Source: Corallococcus soli (GTDB taxonomy: Bacteria > Myxococcota > Myxococcia > Myxococcales > Myxococcaceae). From it: DNA of 64,000 bases. Shown here in pieces: positions 49,655-60,326 of the stretch; the first letter of the stretch is position 1; each line of letters starts with the position of its first letter. The notes below the pieces were generated by a model, which was not told where the DNA came from, made no database searches, and worked only from the letters and a program-made list of their open reading frames with translations. The stretch spans positions 96,367 to 160,366 of the forward strand of contig NZ_JAAIYO010000008.1 in assembly GCF_014930455.1 (NCBI RefSeq). Direction: 5' to 3'. Position numbers and translations under genes: made by a program.

Positions 49655-50656
49655 ATGGCTAAAGCCCCTGATGGGCCAGTGCCGGTCGTGGTGATGGGGC
49701 TGGGGTTCATCGGGCAGGAGATTGCCAAGGCGGCCCTGTCGTCCCAGGAAGTGGAGCTCATCGGAGCGGTGGACTCGCAGGCCACGCTGGTGGGTCGCCC
49801 CCTGGGCGACGTGCTGGGGCAGGCGGGGCCGCGCTTCAAGATCTCCGAATCCCTGGAGCGCGCGGTGGGGCGGCGCAAGGGCGTGGTGGTGCTGCACGCC
49901 ACCAGCTCGCGGCTCGCGCAGGTGATGGACCAGCTGATGGAGGCCCTGAAGCTGGGCCTCCCGGTGGCGAGCACCTGCGAGGAGCTGGCGTTCCCGTACC
50001 TCAAGTACCCGGAGCTGGCGGAGAAGCTGGAGCGCGCGGCGCAGAAGGCTGGCGTCGCCATCGTGGGCACCGGCGTGAACCCGGGCTTCGTGCTGGATCG
50101 GCTGGTGGCCACGGCAGGCCAGGTGTGTGGTCCGGTGCGCAAGGCGACGGTGAGCCGGGTGGTGGATGCCTGCACGCGGCGTGAAGCCCTCCAGCGCAAG
50201 GTGGGCGCGGGCCTGACGGAGGAGGAGTTCTTCGACCTGGTGGACCGCGAGGAGCTGGGCCACGTGGGCCTGATTGAGTCCGCGGCGCTGGCCGCGCTGG
50301 GCCTGGGCCTGGACTGCGACGACTTCGAGGAGGAGGTCGCGCCCGTGTTCGCCGAGGAGGACATCACCGGCGGCGCATTTGTGGTGAAGAAAGGCCGCGT
50401 CGCGGGCATGTTCCAGTCCGTGGTGGGATTGGAGGAGGGTCAGGAGCGGGTGCGCCTGGAGCTGACCATCGCGGTGGGGGCGGAAGATCCAAGGGACCGC
50501 ATCGAAATCGACGCGGACCCCAGACTGGTGCTGGAAATCCCGGGGGGAGTGGCGGGCGACCGGGCCACCGCGAATGCGCTGGTGAATGCCGCGCCACGAT
50601 TGACGGCCGCGGAGGCAGGGCTCCTGACGGTGCTCGAGCTTCCGGCAGGACGCTGA
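49655..50656 (+). CDS. DapB-like (dihydrodipicolinate-reductase-fold) NAD(P)-dependent oxidoreductase
   Basis: N-terminal VVVMGLGFIGQ Rossmann. Confidence 0.65.
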   Translation: MAKAPDGPVPVVVMGLGFIGQEIAKAALSSQEVELIGAVDSQATLVGRPLGDVLGQAGPRFKISESLERAVGRRKGVVVLHATSSRLAQVMDQLMEALKLGLPVASTCEELAFPYLKYPELAEKLERAAQKAGVAIVGTGVNPGFVLDRLVATAGQVCGPVRKATVSRVVDACTRREALQRKVGAGLTEEEFFDLVDREELGHVGLIESAALAALGLGLDCDDFEEEVAPVFAEEDITGGAFVVKKGRVAGMFQSVVGLEEGQERVRLELTIAVGAEDPRDRIEIDADPRLVLEIPGGVAGDRATANALVNAAPRLTAAEAGLLTVLELPAGR

Positions 50657-50676
50657 AGACTCATCAGGAGAGGGAA

Positions 50677-51126
50677 ATGCTGGACAAGAATGCGATTGGC
50701 CGCGCCTCGCCGCCGACGCTCAACGAGGTGGAGAAGGGCGCCATCCGGCGCTTCGCCGAGGCGATCGGCGATTACAATCCCATCTACTACGACGAGGAGT
50801 ACGCCCGGGCCTCGGGCTACCCCACCATCGTCGCGCCGCCCACGTTCCCCGCGTCGTTCCATTCCGCCGCGGACCTGCGGGAGCTGCTGGGGGTAGGCAT
50901 CAAGAGCCTGCTGCACGCGGAACAGGGGTTCGACTACGAGCGGCCCATCTTCGCGGGGGACCGCATCTACGTGTCCACCCGCGTCTCGGACGTCTTCGAG
51001 CGGCCCAACATGTCCGGCAAGATGGACATCGCGGTCATCGAGGACGAAGGCCGTGACGAGGAGGGCAACCTCGTCTTCCGCGCCCGCCGCACGCTCGTCG
51101 TGCGGGCCGCCAAGGAGAACGTTTGA
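50677..51126 (+). CDS. MaoC/hotdog-fold dehydratase subunit (N-terminal-half type)
   Basis: 149-aa hotdog. ATGA-coupled to the next hotdog gene. Confidence 0.75.
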   Translation: MLDKNAIGRASPPTLNEVEKGAIRRFAEAIGDYNPIYYDEEYARASGYPTIVAPPTFPASFHSAADLRELLGVGIKSLLHAEQGFDYERPIFAGDRIYVSTRVSDVFERPNMSGKMDIAVIEDEGRDEEGNLVFRARRTLVVRAAKENV

Positions 51127-51815
51127 TGCCCGCGCGCAAGCTCTACTTCGAATCCATCCGCGTCGGTGACGAGCTTCCGGCGCTGGCCAAGGCCCCGGTG
51201 GATCGCGTGCAGCTGTCCCGGTATGCAGGCGCCTCCGGCGACTACAACCCGGTGCATGTGGACGAGCTCTACGCCAAGAGCGTGGGCATGCCGTCCGTCT
51301 ACGCCCCGGGCATGCTCGTCATGGGCATGCTCGGCCAGCTCATCAGCGACTGGGCGCGCGGCGGCCAGCTGCGGCGCTACAACGTCCGCTTCATCAAGAT
51401 GGTGTGGCCAGGCGACACCGTGGTCTGCAAGGGCCGGGTGAGCGACCGCCACGGCTCCGGCGGCCGGTACTTCGTCGAAATCGACCTCTGGGCGGAGAAC
51501 CAGAAGGGCGAGCTCGTCATGAAGGGCGGCTCGCAGATCCAGCTCTTCTACTCCCTGGAGGACGAGAACCGGCAGCGCTCCGGCCAGTCCCCCATCGTGG
51601 TGGAGGTGCCCCGGGAGAGCCTGGTCGTCCCGGCCCCCCAGAGCGCCACCCCGGAGGCCGCCTCCAGCGCGCCCACCGCCCCCGAGGAGGAGGACGACGA
51701 GGACGAGGAGTCGGACGAGCCCCGGACTGGCGCCTCGTCCAAGAAGACCGCGCCCCGGGAGAAGCCCGCCGCCAAGACGGCGTCCCTCCCCGTGGCCAAG
51801 AAGGCGAAGAAGTAG
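51123..51815 (+). CDS. MaoC-family (R)-hydratase/dehydratase hotdog protein with low-complexity acidic/Lys-rich tail
   Basis: GDYNPVHVD MaoC motif. Confidence 0.8.
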   Translation: MMPARKLYFESIRVGDELPALAKAPVDRVQLSRYAGASGDYNPVHVDELYAKSVGMPSVYAPGMLVMGMLGQLISDWARGGQLRRYNVRFIKMVWPGDTVVCKGRVSDRHGSGGRYFVEIDLWAENQKGELVMKGGSQIQLFYSLEDENRQRSGQSPIVVEVPRESLVVPAPQSATPEAASSAPTAPEEEDDEDEESDEPRTGASSKKTAPREKPAAKTASLPVAKKAKK

Positions 51816-51987
51816 GCGCTCGCAGCCCAGGTCCCGCGTTCGAGAAGGGCGACTTCGCTCGCTGCTCAACGCGGGGTGTCATTCAGGGTTGACTCAAAAA
51901 TCAGCCGACGCCACACTTCCTACGTCAGCTGGGCCGCTGACCTCCTTCCCGCCAAACGGGTAGGGGGCAGCGAGCCCCCACGCAGGA

Positions 51988-53838
51988 GTGGCCATGTCCG
52001 CCGGCATCAACACCTACAAGACCGACCTTCGAGAGATCTTCTTCACGCTGTTCGAGCAGTTCGGCTTCGGCCAGGTGGCGGGACAGGCTCCCTACGACGC
52101 CTGGGGTCCGGACGAGGCGAAGGCGGTGCTGACGGAGACGTACCGCTTCGCGCGCGAGGTGCTGGGGCCCCTCAACGCGTCGGGCGACCGCGAGGGTTGC
52201 CGGGTGGAGAACGGCGCCGTCTTCGTGCCCAAGGGCTTCAAGGACGCGTGGCAGAAGCTCTACGAGCAGGGCTTCAAGACGGTGGCGGTGAGCCCCGACC
52301 ACGGCGGCCAGGGCGCGCCGATGATGCTCCAGGTGACGGTGGAGGAGATCCTCTCCGGCGCCAACACCGCCTTCAACATGTACCCGGGCCTGGCCTTCGG
52401 CGCGGCGGAAGTCATCGCGGAGTGTGGGACGCCCGCGCAGCAGAAGCAGTTCGTGGAGCGCATGCTCAACGGCACCTGGGGCGGCACCATGTGCCTCACG
52501 GAGCCGCACGCCGGCTCCGACGTGGGCGCGGCCAAGTCCACCGCGCGCCGCAACGCGGACGGCACGTACAGCATCCGGGGCACGAAGATCTTCATCTCCG
52601 GCGGCGACCACGACATGGCCGGCAACATCATCCACCTGGTGCTCGCGCGCGTGGATGGCGCTCCGGCCGGCACCAAGGGCCTGTCGCTGTTCATCGTCCC
52701 CAAGCTGCGCATCAACGAGGACGGCTCCGCGGGTCAGGCCAACGACGTCACCGTGGCGTCCATCGAGCACAAGATGGGCATCAACGGTTCGGCCACCTGT
52801 GTCCTCAACTTCGGTGAGAACGACGCGTGTCTGGGCGAGCTCGTCGGCACCGTCGAGCACGTCGGCATGAGCCAGATGTTCAAGATGATGAACGGCGCGC
52901 GCATCGCCGTGGGCATCCAGGGCGTGAGCCTCGCGGCGGCCGCGTACTACAACGCGGTGGACTACGCGAAGGACCGCAAGCAGGGCTCCCACTTCACCAA
53001 GTGGAAGGACCCGTCCGCGCCCCGCGCGCCCATCATCGAGCACCCGGACGTCCGCCGCATGCTGCTGGACATCAAGGCGCACGTGGAGGGCATCCGCTCG
53101 CTCATCATCAAGCTGGCCATGCACCTGGACAAGGCGAAGCAGCTGGCGGGCAAGGACGACGACGCGGCCAGCTACCACCGGGGCCAGGTGGAGGTGCTGA
53201 CGCCGCTGGTGAAGTCCTACGGCTCCGACCAGGCCTTCCGCCTGTGCGCGCAGGCCATCCAGGTGTACGGCGGCGCCGGCTACATCCAGGACTACCCGGT
53301 GGAGCAGTACACGCGCGACTCGAAGATCTTCTCCATCTACGAGGGCACCAACCACATCCAGGCCATGGACCTGGTCGGCCGCAAGATGGGGCAGGCGGGC
53401 GGCGCGCACTTCCAGCAGTTCATGGGCGACGTGGGCAGCTTCGTGGAAGCGCACCGCGAGCACCCGGTGCTGGGCGAGGCCGTGAAGACGCTGGCCGGCG
53501 CGCAGGAAGGCCTGATGTCCAGCGCGATGGCGCTGTTCGGCTGGTCGCAGGACCAGGGCCGCTTCCCGCTCATCCCGCTGTCCGCCAACCGCTTCCTCAA
53601 CATGATGTCGGAAGTGGCCGTGGGCTGGCTGCTGCTGGACGCGGCCGTCATCGCGGAGAAGGCGTCCGCCTCCGTGAGCGCGGAGCACCCGGACAAGGCC
53701 TTCTACGAAGGCAAGAAGTTCAGCGCCCTGTGGTACGCGCGCAACGTGCTGCCCAACGTGGAGTACGCCGCGCGCCTCATCGCGGCCGAGGACACGTCGC
53801 CCATGGACATCACCGACGCGGCGTTCGCGTCCGTCTAG
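51988..53838 (+). CDS. Acyl-CoA dehydrogenase (long form)
   Basis: ACAD N/M/C domains plus a C-terminal extension. 616 aa. Confidence 0.85.
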   Translation: MAMSAGINTYKTDLREIFFTLFEQFGFGQVAGQAPYDAWGPDEAKAVLTETYRFAREVLGPLNASGDREGCRVENGAVFVPKGFKDAWQKLYEQGFKTVAVSPDHGGQGAPMMLQVTVEEILSGANTAFNMYPGLAFGAAEVIAECGTPAQQKQFVERMLNGTWGGTMCLTEPHAGSDVGAAKSTARRNADGTYSIRGTKIFISGGDHDMAGNIIHLVLARVDGAPAGTKGLSLFIVPKLRINEDGSAGQANDVTVASIEHKMGINGSATCVLNFGENDACLGELVGTVEHVGMSQMFKMMNGARIAVGIQGVSLAAAAYYNAVDYAKDRKQGSHFTKWKDPSAPRAPIIEHPDVRRMLLDIKAHVEGIRSLIIKLAMHLDKAKQLAGKDDDAASYHRGQVEVLTPLVKSYGSDQAFRLCAQAIQVYGGAGYIQDYPVEQYTRDSKIFSIYEGTNHIQAMDLVGRKMGQAGGAHFQQFMGDVGSFVEAHREHPVLGEAVKTLAGAQEGLMSSAMALFGWSQDQGRFPLIPLSANRFLNMMSEVAVGWLLLDAAVIAEKASASVSAEHPDKAFYEGKKFSALWYARNVLPNVEYAARLIAAEDTSPMDITDAAFASV

Positions 53839-53865
53839 GGGACAGCGCTCCAGGCTGAGAAGCAG

Positions 53866-53899
53866 AAAGGCCCTCCGGCAGTCGTGCCGGGGGGCCTTT
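53866..53899. terminator. Bidirectional GC hairpin between the convergent acyl-CoA dehydrogenase and exbD genes
   Basis: aaaggccctccggca...tgccggggggccttt inverted repeat. Confidence 0.5.
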
Positions 53900-53920
53900 G
53901 TCTTGGGGGACGCTGACGGC

Positions 53921-54376
53921 TCAGTTGCCTTCGCGCACGCCGATGGCGAGCTGTCCCAGGCCGGCCTGCTTCGCCAGCTCCATCACCTGCACCACGGTGC
54001 CGTGGGAGACGCCTTCGTCCGCCTGCACGATGACCACGGTGTCCGGGTTCAGCTCCTTCGCCTTGTCGAAGGCCTGCTTCAGCTCCGCCTCCGCGACGAC
54101 GTTGCCGGCGAGCACGTAGCGGCCGTCCGACAGCACCGCCACGGAGATGTCGTTGGTGCGCGCGGTGACGTCCGCGGCGCCGCCCTTGGGCAGGTTCACC
54201 TTCAGGCCCGTCTTGGTGCCGCCGCCCGGGCCCTGCTGGGTGATGACGGAGCTGGTCACCATGAAGATGATGAGCAGCACCAGCATCACGTCCACCAGGG
54301 GCGTGATGTTGATCTCCGCGAAGCCCGCGCCGTCGCCCTCATCGTCGGAGGAGCCCGGCGTCTTTCCCATGGCCAT
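53921..54376 (-). CDS. ExbD/TolR biopolymer transport protein
   Basis: ExbD family. Single TM. Confidence 0.85.
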   Translation of the reverse strand: MAMGKTPGSSDDEGDGAGFAEINITPLVDVMLVLLIIFMVTSSVITQQGPGGGTKTGLKVNLPKGGAADVTARTNDISVAVLSDGRYVLAGNVVAEAELKQAFDKAKELNPDTVVIVQADEGVSHGTVVQVMELAKQAGLGQLAIGVREGN

Positions 54377-54394
54377 GGTGGACGTTCCCTCCGG

Positions 54395-55126
54395 TTACGA
54401 CGAGGCGGGCTGCGGATCCGCGCGCGGGGCGGGCGGGGGGGCGGGTTCACGCGACGGGGGCGGCTCCGGCAGGACGGCGCCGGTGGCGCGCTCCTTGAGC
54501 AGCTCGGAGAACTCGTCCCCCAGCAGGCGCAGCTCCACCAGCACCCGCGCGAGCCGGGCCTGGAAGTAGTTGTAGAAGACCATCGCCTGCACGGCGACGA
54601 GGATGCCCACGGCGGTGGCCACGAGCGCTTCGGAAATGCCCGCCATCACGGCCGCGGAGCCGCCGGTGCCGCCGGCCTCCACGTCCACGCCCAGGTCCTT
54701 GAAGGAGCGCATGATGCCGGCCACGGTGCCGAAGAGGCCCACGAAGGGCGTCGTCGAACCAATGGTCGCGAGCAGCCACAGGTTGCGCCGCAGCTTGAGG
54801 CCCACCTGGGCGCGCTCGCGCTCCACGGCGGACTCGATGCCATTGCCCCCGCTGGCGCGGCTGCGCTCCCAGCGATCGAAGCCCGCGAGGAAGATGTCGG
54901 CGGCCACCGCGTCGGAGCGCTCGGCGGCGGTGCGGGCCGCGGCCACGTCCCCGCGCAGCAGGTGCTTGTTGACGATTTCGCCCAGGTTGCGGGAGCGCTC
55001 GCTCACGCCCCAGAGGGCGATGAGCCTTTCGATGGCCACGCCCAGGGCCACCACGGAGGCGCCCAGGAGGAGGGCGAGGGTGACGCCGCCCAGGCGAAGG
55101 TAATGAAGTAGATCGTTCAGGCTCAT
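54395..55126 (-). CDS. MotA/TolQ/ExbB proton-channel protein
   Basis: TolQ/ExbB family with 3 TM helices. Confidence 0.85.
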   Translation of the reverse strand: MSLNDLLHYLRLGGVTLALLLGASVVALGVAIERLIALWGVSERSRNLGEIVNKHLLRGDVAAARTAAERSDAVAADIFLAGFDRWERSRASGGNGIESAVERERAQVGLKLRRNLWLLATIGSTTPFVGLFGTVAGIMRSFKDLGVDVEAGGTGGSAAVMAGISEALVATAVGILVAVQAMVFYNYFQARLARVLVELRLLGDEFSELLKERATGAVLPEPPPSREPAPPPAPRADPQPASS

Positions 55127-55168
55127 GGTTGATGACCGGGCAGGGAGCCCTGGCTCACACTAGGACAT

Positions 55169-55996
55169 ATGAACCGCGCAGCCGCCGCAATCTTCCTGGC
55201 CCTCCTCTGTTCGGCCTGCCCCAAACGCCTCGAATTCGGCCCGGAGGGCCGCATCGAGGACGCCCAGACGCTCTACCAGCACGTGCAGCAGCGCCAGGGG
55301 CAGGTCGTCACCCTGGAGGGCGACTCCAAGCTCCGGGTGGACTCCCCCCAGGGCAGCGGGACCCTCTCCACCTTCCTCTCCGTCACCCGCCCGGGCCTCA
55401 TCCACCTGGAGACGTACGACTTCTTCAACCGCCCGGTCGCCTCGCTCGTCTCCAACGGGGCGCGCTTCGGCGTCTACCAGGCCCAGGGCAACACGTACTA
55501 CCAGGGGCCCGCCAGCCCGGAGAACGTGTCCCGCTTCCTGCCCATCGTGCTGCCGAGCGAGGAGCTGGTGGCCGTCATGCTGGGCCAGGTGCCCCTGCTG
55601 CCCCCGGAGTCCATGACCCTGGCGCTGGACGAGAAGGAGCGCGTGTACGTGCTGACGCTGGTGCGGGGGGCGGCCACACAGACACTCCGCGTGGATCCCC
55701 GACACCTGCGGGTGGTGAAGAGCGAGGTCCGGGGCGTGCCGGGCTACGACCTGGCGTTCGAGGACTTCAAGCAGCGCGGCGAGCTGCTCTTCCCCGGCAA
55801 GGTCATCCTCACGGCGGACCAGGCGGACACGCGGCTGGAGCTGCGCTACACGGAGATCACCCTCAACGGCCGGCCGGACCTGACGCTCTACGAGCTGACG
55901 CCCCCGGAGGGGGCCCGGGTGGTGGACGTGGACGAGCGGGGGCGGGAGCTGGGCGGGGGCGCGGTGTCGCCGCCGCCCCCAGCGCCGGGTTCCTGA
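55169..55996 (+). CDS. Outer-membrane lipoprotein (DUF4292/LolB-like)
   Basis: Lipoprotein signal LCSAC. LolB-like fold motifs. Pro-rich tail. Confidence 0.55.
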   Translation: MNRAAAAIFLALLCSACPKRLEFGPEGRIEDAQTLYQHVQQRQGQVVTLEGDSKLRVDSPQGSGTLSTFLSVTRPGLIHLETYDFFNRPVASLVSNGARFGVYQAQGNTYYQGPASPENVSRFLPIVLPSEELVAVMLGQVPLLPPESMTLALDEKERVYVLTLVRGAATQTLRVDPRHLRVVKSEVRGVPGYDLAFEDFKQRGELLFPGKVILTADQADTRLELRYTEITLNGRPDLTLYELTPPEGARVVDVDERGRELGGGAVSPPPPAPGS

Positions 55997-56055
55997 GCTT
56001 CCAGGCGTCGAAAGGCAGCGCCCCGGCCCAAGTCGGGTACACTGACGCGCACGAC

Positions 56056-56811
56056 ATGGCACAGATCAAGCTCGGAGAACTGCTGATCAAGGCGAACGTC
56101 CTGCAGGAGAGCCAGCTCAAGGCGGCGCTCGCCGAGCAGGCCAAGTGGGGCGGGAAGCTGGGAGAGATCCTCGTCCGGATGAACCTCGTGTCCGAGGACA
56201 TCCTCGTGCGCGCCCTGTCGAAACAGCTGGGCATGCCGGCGGTCAACCTGGACGCCGTGCAGATGGTGCCGCCGCACGTGAAGGCCAAGATTCCTTCGCA
56301 GACGGCGCGCGACTTCTCCGTCGTGCCGCTCCAGCTGCGCGACGACGGCAAGACGCTGGTCGTGGCCATGTCGGATCCGCTCAACGTGCGGGTGCTCGAC
56401 GAGCTGCGGGCCCTGTCCAAGTGCCGCATCGTGGCGAACGTGGCGGGGCGCACCTCCGTGGCGCGGGCGTTCGCGCGCCTCTACGAGGAGTCCGCGGAGC
56501 TGGAGGATGCGGACACGAACTTCAAGGTGGTGGACGCCCAGGGGCGCACCGTCGTGAAGAACCTCAAGGACCTGGATCCGGCCGCCGCCGTCGCCACGTC
56601 CGCCCCGGCCCGGCCGGCCGCCCCCGCCGCCCGGCCCGCGCCGCCCGCGGAGGCACCCCGCGCGGCGGCCTCCGGCAGCCCCGCGGAGCTGCTCAAGAGC
56701 GTGGAAGAGGTCCAGCGCAAGGAGGTCGCCGCGCTCAAGGCCATGGTGGAGCTGCTCATCGAGAAGGGCGTTTTCTCCCGCGAGGAATACCTCGCCAAGG
56801 TCAAGCGGTAG
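56056..56811 (+). CDS. T2SS-E N-terminal (MshEN/GspE_N) domain-only protein
   Basis: MAQIKLGELLIKANVLQESQLKAALAEQ... MshEN fold followed by an Ala/Pro-rich linker. Confidence 0.7.
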   Translation: MAQIKLGELLIKANVLQESQLKAALAEQAKWGGKLGEILVRMNLVSEDILVRALSKQLGMPAVNLDAVQMVPPHVKAKIPSQTARDFSVVPLQLRDDGKTLVVAMSDPLNVRVLDELRALSKCRIVANVAGRTSVARAFARLYEESAELEDADTNFKVVDAQGRTVVKNLKDLDPAAAVATSAPARPAAPAARPAPPAEAPRAAASGSPAELLKSVEEVQRKEVAALKAMVELLIEKGVFSREEYLAKVKR

Positions 56812-56820
56812 CCAGCGGCC

Positions 56821-57813
56821 ATGCGCAAGAAGATTGGTGAACTCCTCGTCCAGGCCGGAGTGGTCACGGACGAGCAGGTGAAGCAGGCGCTGGCCTCCGG
56901 GCGGCGGGGTCAGGGCCGCAAGCTGGGCGAGGTGCTGATGTCCATGGGCCTGTGCACGGGCCGGGACATCGCGCGCGCGCTGGCGGCGCAGCACGAGCTG
57001 CCCTTCGTGGAGATCCCCGAGTACATCCCGCACGGGGTGGCCTCGCTGGTGTCCATGGACTTCCAGACCGAGCACCGCGTGTTGCTCTTCGCGCTGGAGC
57101 AGGACGGCCGCAGCGAGAAGCTCCACGTCGCCGTGGAGGACCCCGGCAACCTGATGCTGGTGGATGAACTGCGCTTCCAACTGCGCAAGCCCCTGAAGGT
57201 GTTCGTCGCCTCGTCGGACGACATGGATCAGGCGCTCGCGCGCGGCCGGGGCGAACCGCTGGACATCGTGGAGGCTGAACCCATGGATGAGATGGACGAC
57301 GCGGACGACTCGCCGGACATCCTGCCGTCACCCCCGGCCGCGCCCGCGCGGCCCTCGTCGCGTCCGCCCGCGCCGCCTCCGACGCTGGACTGGGACCTGC
57401 CCCCGCCGCCGCCCTCCGACTCGCGCTCCGACGGCGCGGACGTGCTGGAGGACCTGCTGGGCGCGAAGCCCCGCGCCGCGCCGCCTCCGCCGCCCAGGCC
57501 CGCCGCGCCCAGGGCGCCTCCGCCTCCTCCGCTGGAGGACGCGGACCCCAGCAAGCCGCGCGTGCCGGTGGTGGTCTTCGGCGGCGCCGCCCAGGGCGCG
57601 CGTCCGTCGGTGGCGCTGACGCCCACGCCGGACTTCTCCGAGGAGGACCTGGCGGTGCTGGACGACATCGAGCGCATCTCGCGCGGCGAGGAGGCCAGCC
57701 TGGACACGGAGAAGGTGAAGCCCGCGCGCATGGTCGCGAGCCTCATCCGCCTGCTCATCCGCAAGGGCCTCATCCAGGAGTCGGAGTTCCTGGAGGAGCT
57801 GGCCCAGAAGTGA
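56821..57813 (+). CDS. T2SS-E N-terminal (MshEN/GspE_N) domain-only protein, second copy
   Basis: [25 protein letters not shown]... followed by a Pro-rich low-complexity C-terminus. Confidence 0.7.
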   Translation: MRKKIGELLVQAGVVTDEQVKQALASGRRGQGRKLGEVLMSMGLCTGRDIARALAAQHELPFVEIPEYIPHGVASLVSMDFQTEHRVLLFALEQDGRSEKLHVAVEDPGNLMLVDELRFQLRKPLKVFVASSDDMDQALARGRGEPLDIVEAEPMDEMDDADDSPDILPSPPAAPARPSSRPPAPPPTLDWDLPPPPPSDSRSDGADVLEDLLGAKPRAAPPPPPRPAAPRAPPPPPLEDADPSKPRVPVVVFGGAAQGARPSVALTPTPDFSEEDLAVLDDIERISRGEEASLDTEKVKPARMVASLIRLLIRKGLIQESEFLEELAQK

Positions 57814-58835
57814 CCGGGGCCGCGCCGCCGTCCGACGCCCCGGCCCCGCTGCTGGACGTGCGCGGGCTCACCACCCAGTTGTCGCTGGAGCGAGGGCCGG
57901 TGCGCGCGGTGGACGGCGTGTCCTTCACCGTCCCCCCGGGAGGCACGCTGGGGGTGGTGGGGGAGAGCGGCTGCGGCAAGAGCCTCACGGCGCTGTCGGT
58001 GATGCGGCTCGTCCCGGAGCCGCCCGGCCGGGTGGTGGCAGGCGAGGTGCTCTTCCGGGGACAGGACCTGCTGCGCCTGCCGGAGCCGGAGATGCGGCGC
58101 GTGCGCGGGCGGCACGTGGCCATGGTCTTCCAGGAGCCCATGACGTCGCTCAACCCGGTGTTCACCGTGGGCGAACAGATTGGCGAGGGCGTCCGGCTGC
58201 ACCTGAAGGCGTCCCGGGCCCAGGCGCGCGAGCGCGCGGTGGAGATGCTGCGGCAGGTGGGCATCCCGGCCCCGGGCGAGCGCGTGGACGCGTACCCGCA
58301 CCAGCTCTCCGGCGGCATGCGCCAGCGGGTGATGATCGCCATGGCGCTCGCGTGCGACCCGGCGCTGCTCATCGCGGACGAGCCCACCACGGCGCTGGAC
58401 GTCACCATCCAGGCGCAGATCCTCGACCTGCTCAAGCGCCTGCAGACCGAGCGCCACATGGCGGTGATGCTCATCACCCACGACCTGGGCGTGGTGGCGG
58501 GCAGCTGCGACGCGGTGGCGGTGATGTACGCGGGCCGCATCGTGGAGCAGGCCCCGGTGAGGGAGCTGTTCGCCCGGCCCGCGCACCCGTACACGGCGGG
58601 CCTGCTGCGCTCCATCCCGTCCCTGCACGACGCGGGCGCGGCGGTGGAGGGGGAGAAGCGCCGGCTGAAGGCGATCCCCGGCATGGTGCCCTCGCTGGGC
58701 GCGCTGCCGTCCGGCTGCGCGTTCCGCGACCGGTGCGACCGCGCCTCCGAGCTGTGCGCCCGCGTCACGCCCGCGCTGGAGCCCAAGCGCGGAGGCCAGT
58801 GGGCCGCCTGCCACCACCCGGTGCCCGCGCCATGA
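57810..58835 (+). CDS. Oligopeptide/dipeptide-type ABC transporter ATP-binding protein (DppD/OppD-like)
   Basis: Walker A GESGCGKS, signature LSGGMRQR, and the C-terminal OppD extension. Confidence 0.85.
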   Translation: MTGAAPPSDAPAPLLDVRGLTTQLSLERGPVRAVDGVSFTVPPGGTLGVVGESGCGKSLTALSVMRLVPEPPGRVVAGEVLFRGQDLLRLPEPEMRRVRGRHVAMVFQEPMTSLNPVFTVGEQIGEGVRLHLKASRAQARERAVEMLRQVGIPAPGERVDAYPHQLSGGMRQRVMIAMALACDPALLIADEPTTALDVTIQAQILDLLKRLQTERHMAVMLITHDLGVVAGSCDAVAVMYAGRIVEQAPVRELFARPAHPYTAGLLRSIPSLHDAGAAVEGEKRRLKAIPGMVPSLGALPSGCAFRDRCDRASELCARVTPALEPKRGGQWAACHHPVPAP

Positions 58836-59887
58836 GCGAACCGCTGCTCCAGGTGCGCGACCTCAAGGTGCACTTCCCGGTGCGCGGCGGCCTCTTCGGA
58901 CGCTCGAAGGGCGCGGTGCGCGCGGTGGACGGGGTGTCCTTCGACGTCGCGCGCGGCGAGACGCTGGGCCTGGTGGGGGAGAGTGGCTGCGGCAAGAGCA
59001 CGCTGGGGCGCGCCGTGCTGCGCCTGCTGGAGCCCACGGCCGGCTCCATCCGCGTGGACGGACGGGAGCTCACCGGCCTGTCCCAGCGCCAGCTGCGCCC
59101 CCTGCGCCGGCGCATGCAGCTCGTCTTCCAGGACCCCTACGCGTCGCTCAACCCGCGCATGACGGTGGGGGACATCCTCGCGGAGCCCTTCGCCATCCAC
59201 GGCCTCGCGAAGGGCCGGGCGCGCGAGGAGGAGGTGCTGGCGCTGCTGGACGCCATGGGCCTGCCCCGCGAGGCCCGGCACCGCTACCCGCACGAGTTCT
59301 CCGGAGGGCAGCGTCAGCGCATCGGGATTGCTCGTGCCATCGCGTTGCGGCCGGACCTGGTGGTGGCGGACGAGCCCATCAGCGCGCTGGACGTGTCCAT
59401 CCAGGCGCAGATCGTCAACCTGCTGGTGGACCTGCAGCGCGAGCGCGGGCTCACCTACGTCTTCATCGCGCACGACCTGAAGATCGTGGAGTACGTGTCC
59501 ACGCGGGTGGCGGTGATGTACCTGGGCCGCATCGTGGAGGTGGCGCCGTCGCGCGCGCTGTACGCGGCGCCCCGGCACCCGTACACGCAGGCGCTGCTGT
59601 CCGCGGTGCCCGTGCCGGATCCGGAGCGTCCCCGCGCGCGCCTGCTGCTGCCGGGGGAGCCGCCCTCGCCCCTGTCGCCTCCGTCCGGGTGCGCGTTCCA
59701 CCCGCGCTGCCCCTTCGTGATGGAGCGCTGCCGGCGTGAGTCGCCGCCGCTGTATCCCCTGGGCGGAGGCCATGCCGCCGCATGCTTCCTGGCGGAGGGG
59801 GATGCCCAGCGTTCGGGGCCCGTTCCCACCGATGCCGCGCCCGACGGAGGTCCCGGTGTTCTGGCTCAGCCATCATCACGCGGATGA
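58832..59887 (+). CDS. Oligopeptide/dipeptide-type ABC transporter ATP-binding protein (DppF/OppF-like)
   Basis: Walker A GESGCGKS, signature [12 protein letters not shown]-coupled to the previous gene. Confidence 0.85.
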   Translation: MSEPLLQVRDLKVHFPVRGGLFGRSKGAVRAVDGVSFDVARGETLGLVGESGCGKSTLGRAVLRLLEPTAGSIRVDGRELTGLSQRQLRPLRRRMQLVFQDPYASLNPRMTVGDILAEPFAIHGLAKGRAREEEVLALLDAMGLPREARHRYPHEFSGGQRQRIGIARAIALRPDLVVADEPISALDVSIQAQIVNLLVDLQRERGLTYVFIAHDLKIVEYVSTRVAVMYLGRIVEVAPSRALYAAPRHPYTQALLSAVPVPDPERPRARLLLPGEPPSPLSPPSGCAFHPRCPFVMERCRRESPPLYPLGGGHAAACFLAEGDAQRSGPVPTDAAPDGGPGVLAQPSSRG

Positions 59888-60263
59888 GTACAACCGCACG
59901 TACGTGCTTGGGGGCGTGCGCGTCTGCGCGCGCTGCCTGGGCACGTACCCGGTGCTCGCCGCCGTCTTCGTGGGGCTGTTCGCGCTGCGGGCGCCGCTCG
60001 CATGGGCGTGGGACGTGCCGGTGGGCGTGGCGCTCACGCTGCCCGCGCTGGTGGACTGGGCGGTGGGGCGCTTCCGTCCGGCCTCGGGGAACAACGCGGT
60101 GCGCACGCTGACCGGGGTGCTGCTGGGGTTGGGACTTGCCCGCTCGCTGTACATCCACGTGCAACGGCCCCTACCGGCGGTGCTGCTGGCGCAGGCACTT
60201 CTGGTGACAGGGGTGGCGGTCCCTGTCATTCTCGCCACTTACCGGCGTCCACGGCCGGAATAG
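59832..60263 (+). CDS. DUF2085-family membrane protein
   Basis: CARCLGTY motif and 4 TM helices. Start uncertain (ATG 59832 or GTG 59856). Confidence 0.5.
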   Translation: MPRPTEVPVFWLSHHHADEYNRTYVLGGVRVCARCLGTYPVLAAVFVGLFALRAPLAWAWDVPVGVALTLPALVDWAVGRFRPASGNNAVRTLTGVLLGLGLARSLYIHVQRPLPAVLLAQALLVTGVAVPVILATYRRPRPE

Positions 60264-60326
60264 ACCTTTCCCGCGTACCTGTCCGTTACAGGCAACGGGC
60301 GGGAAGGGGATGGCACCCGTGGCTTC

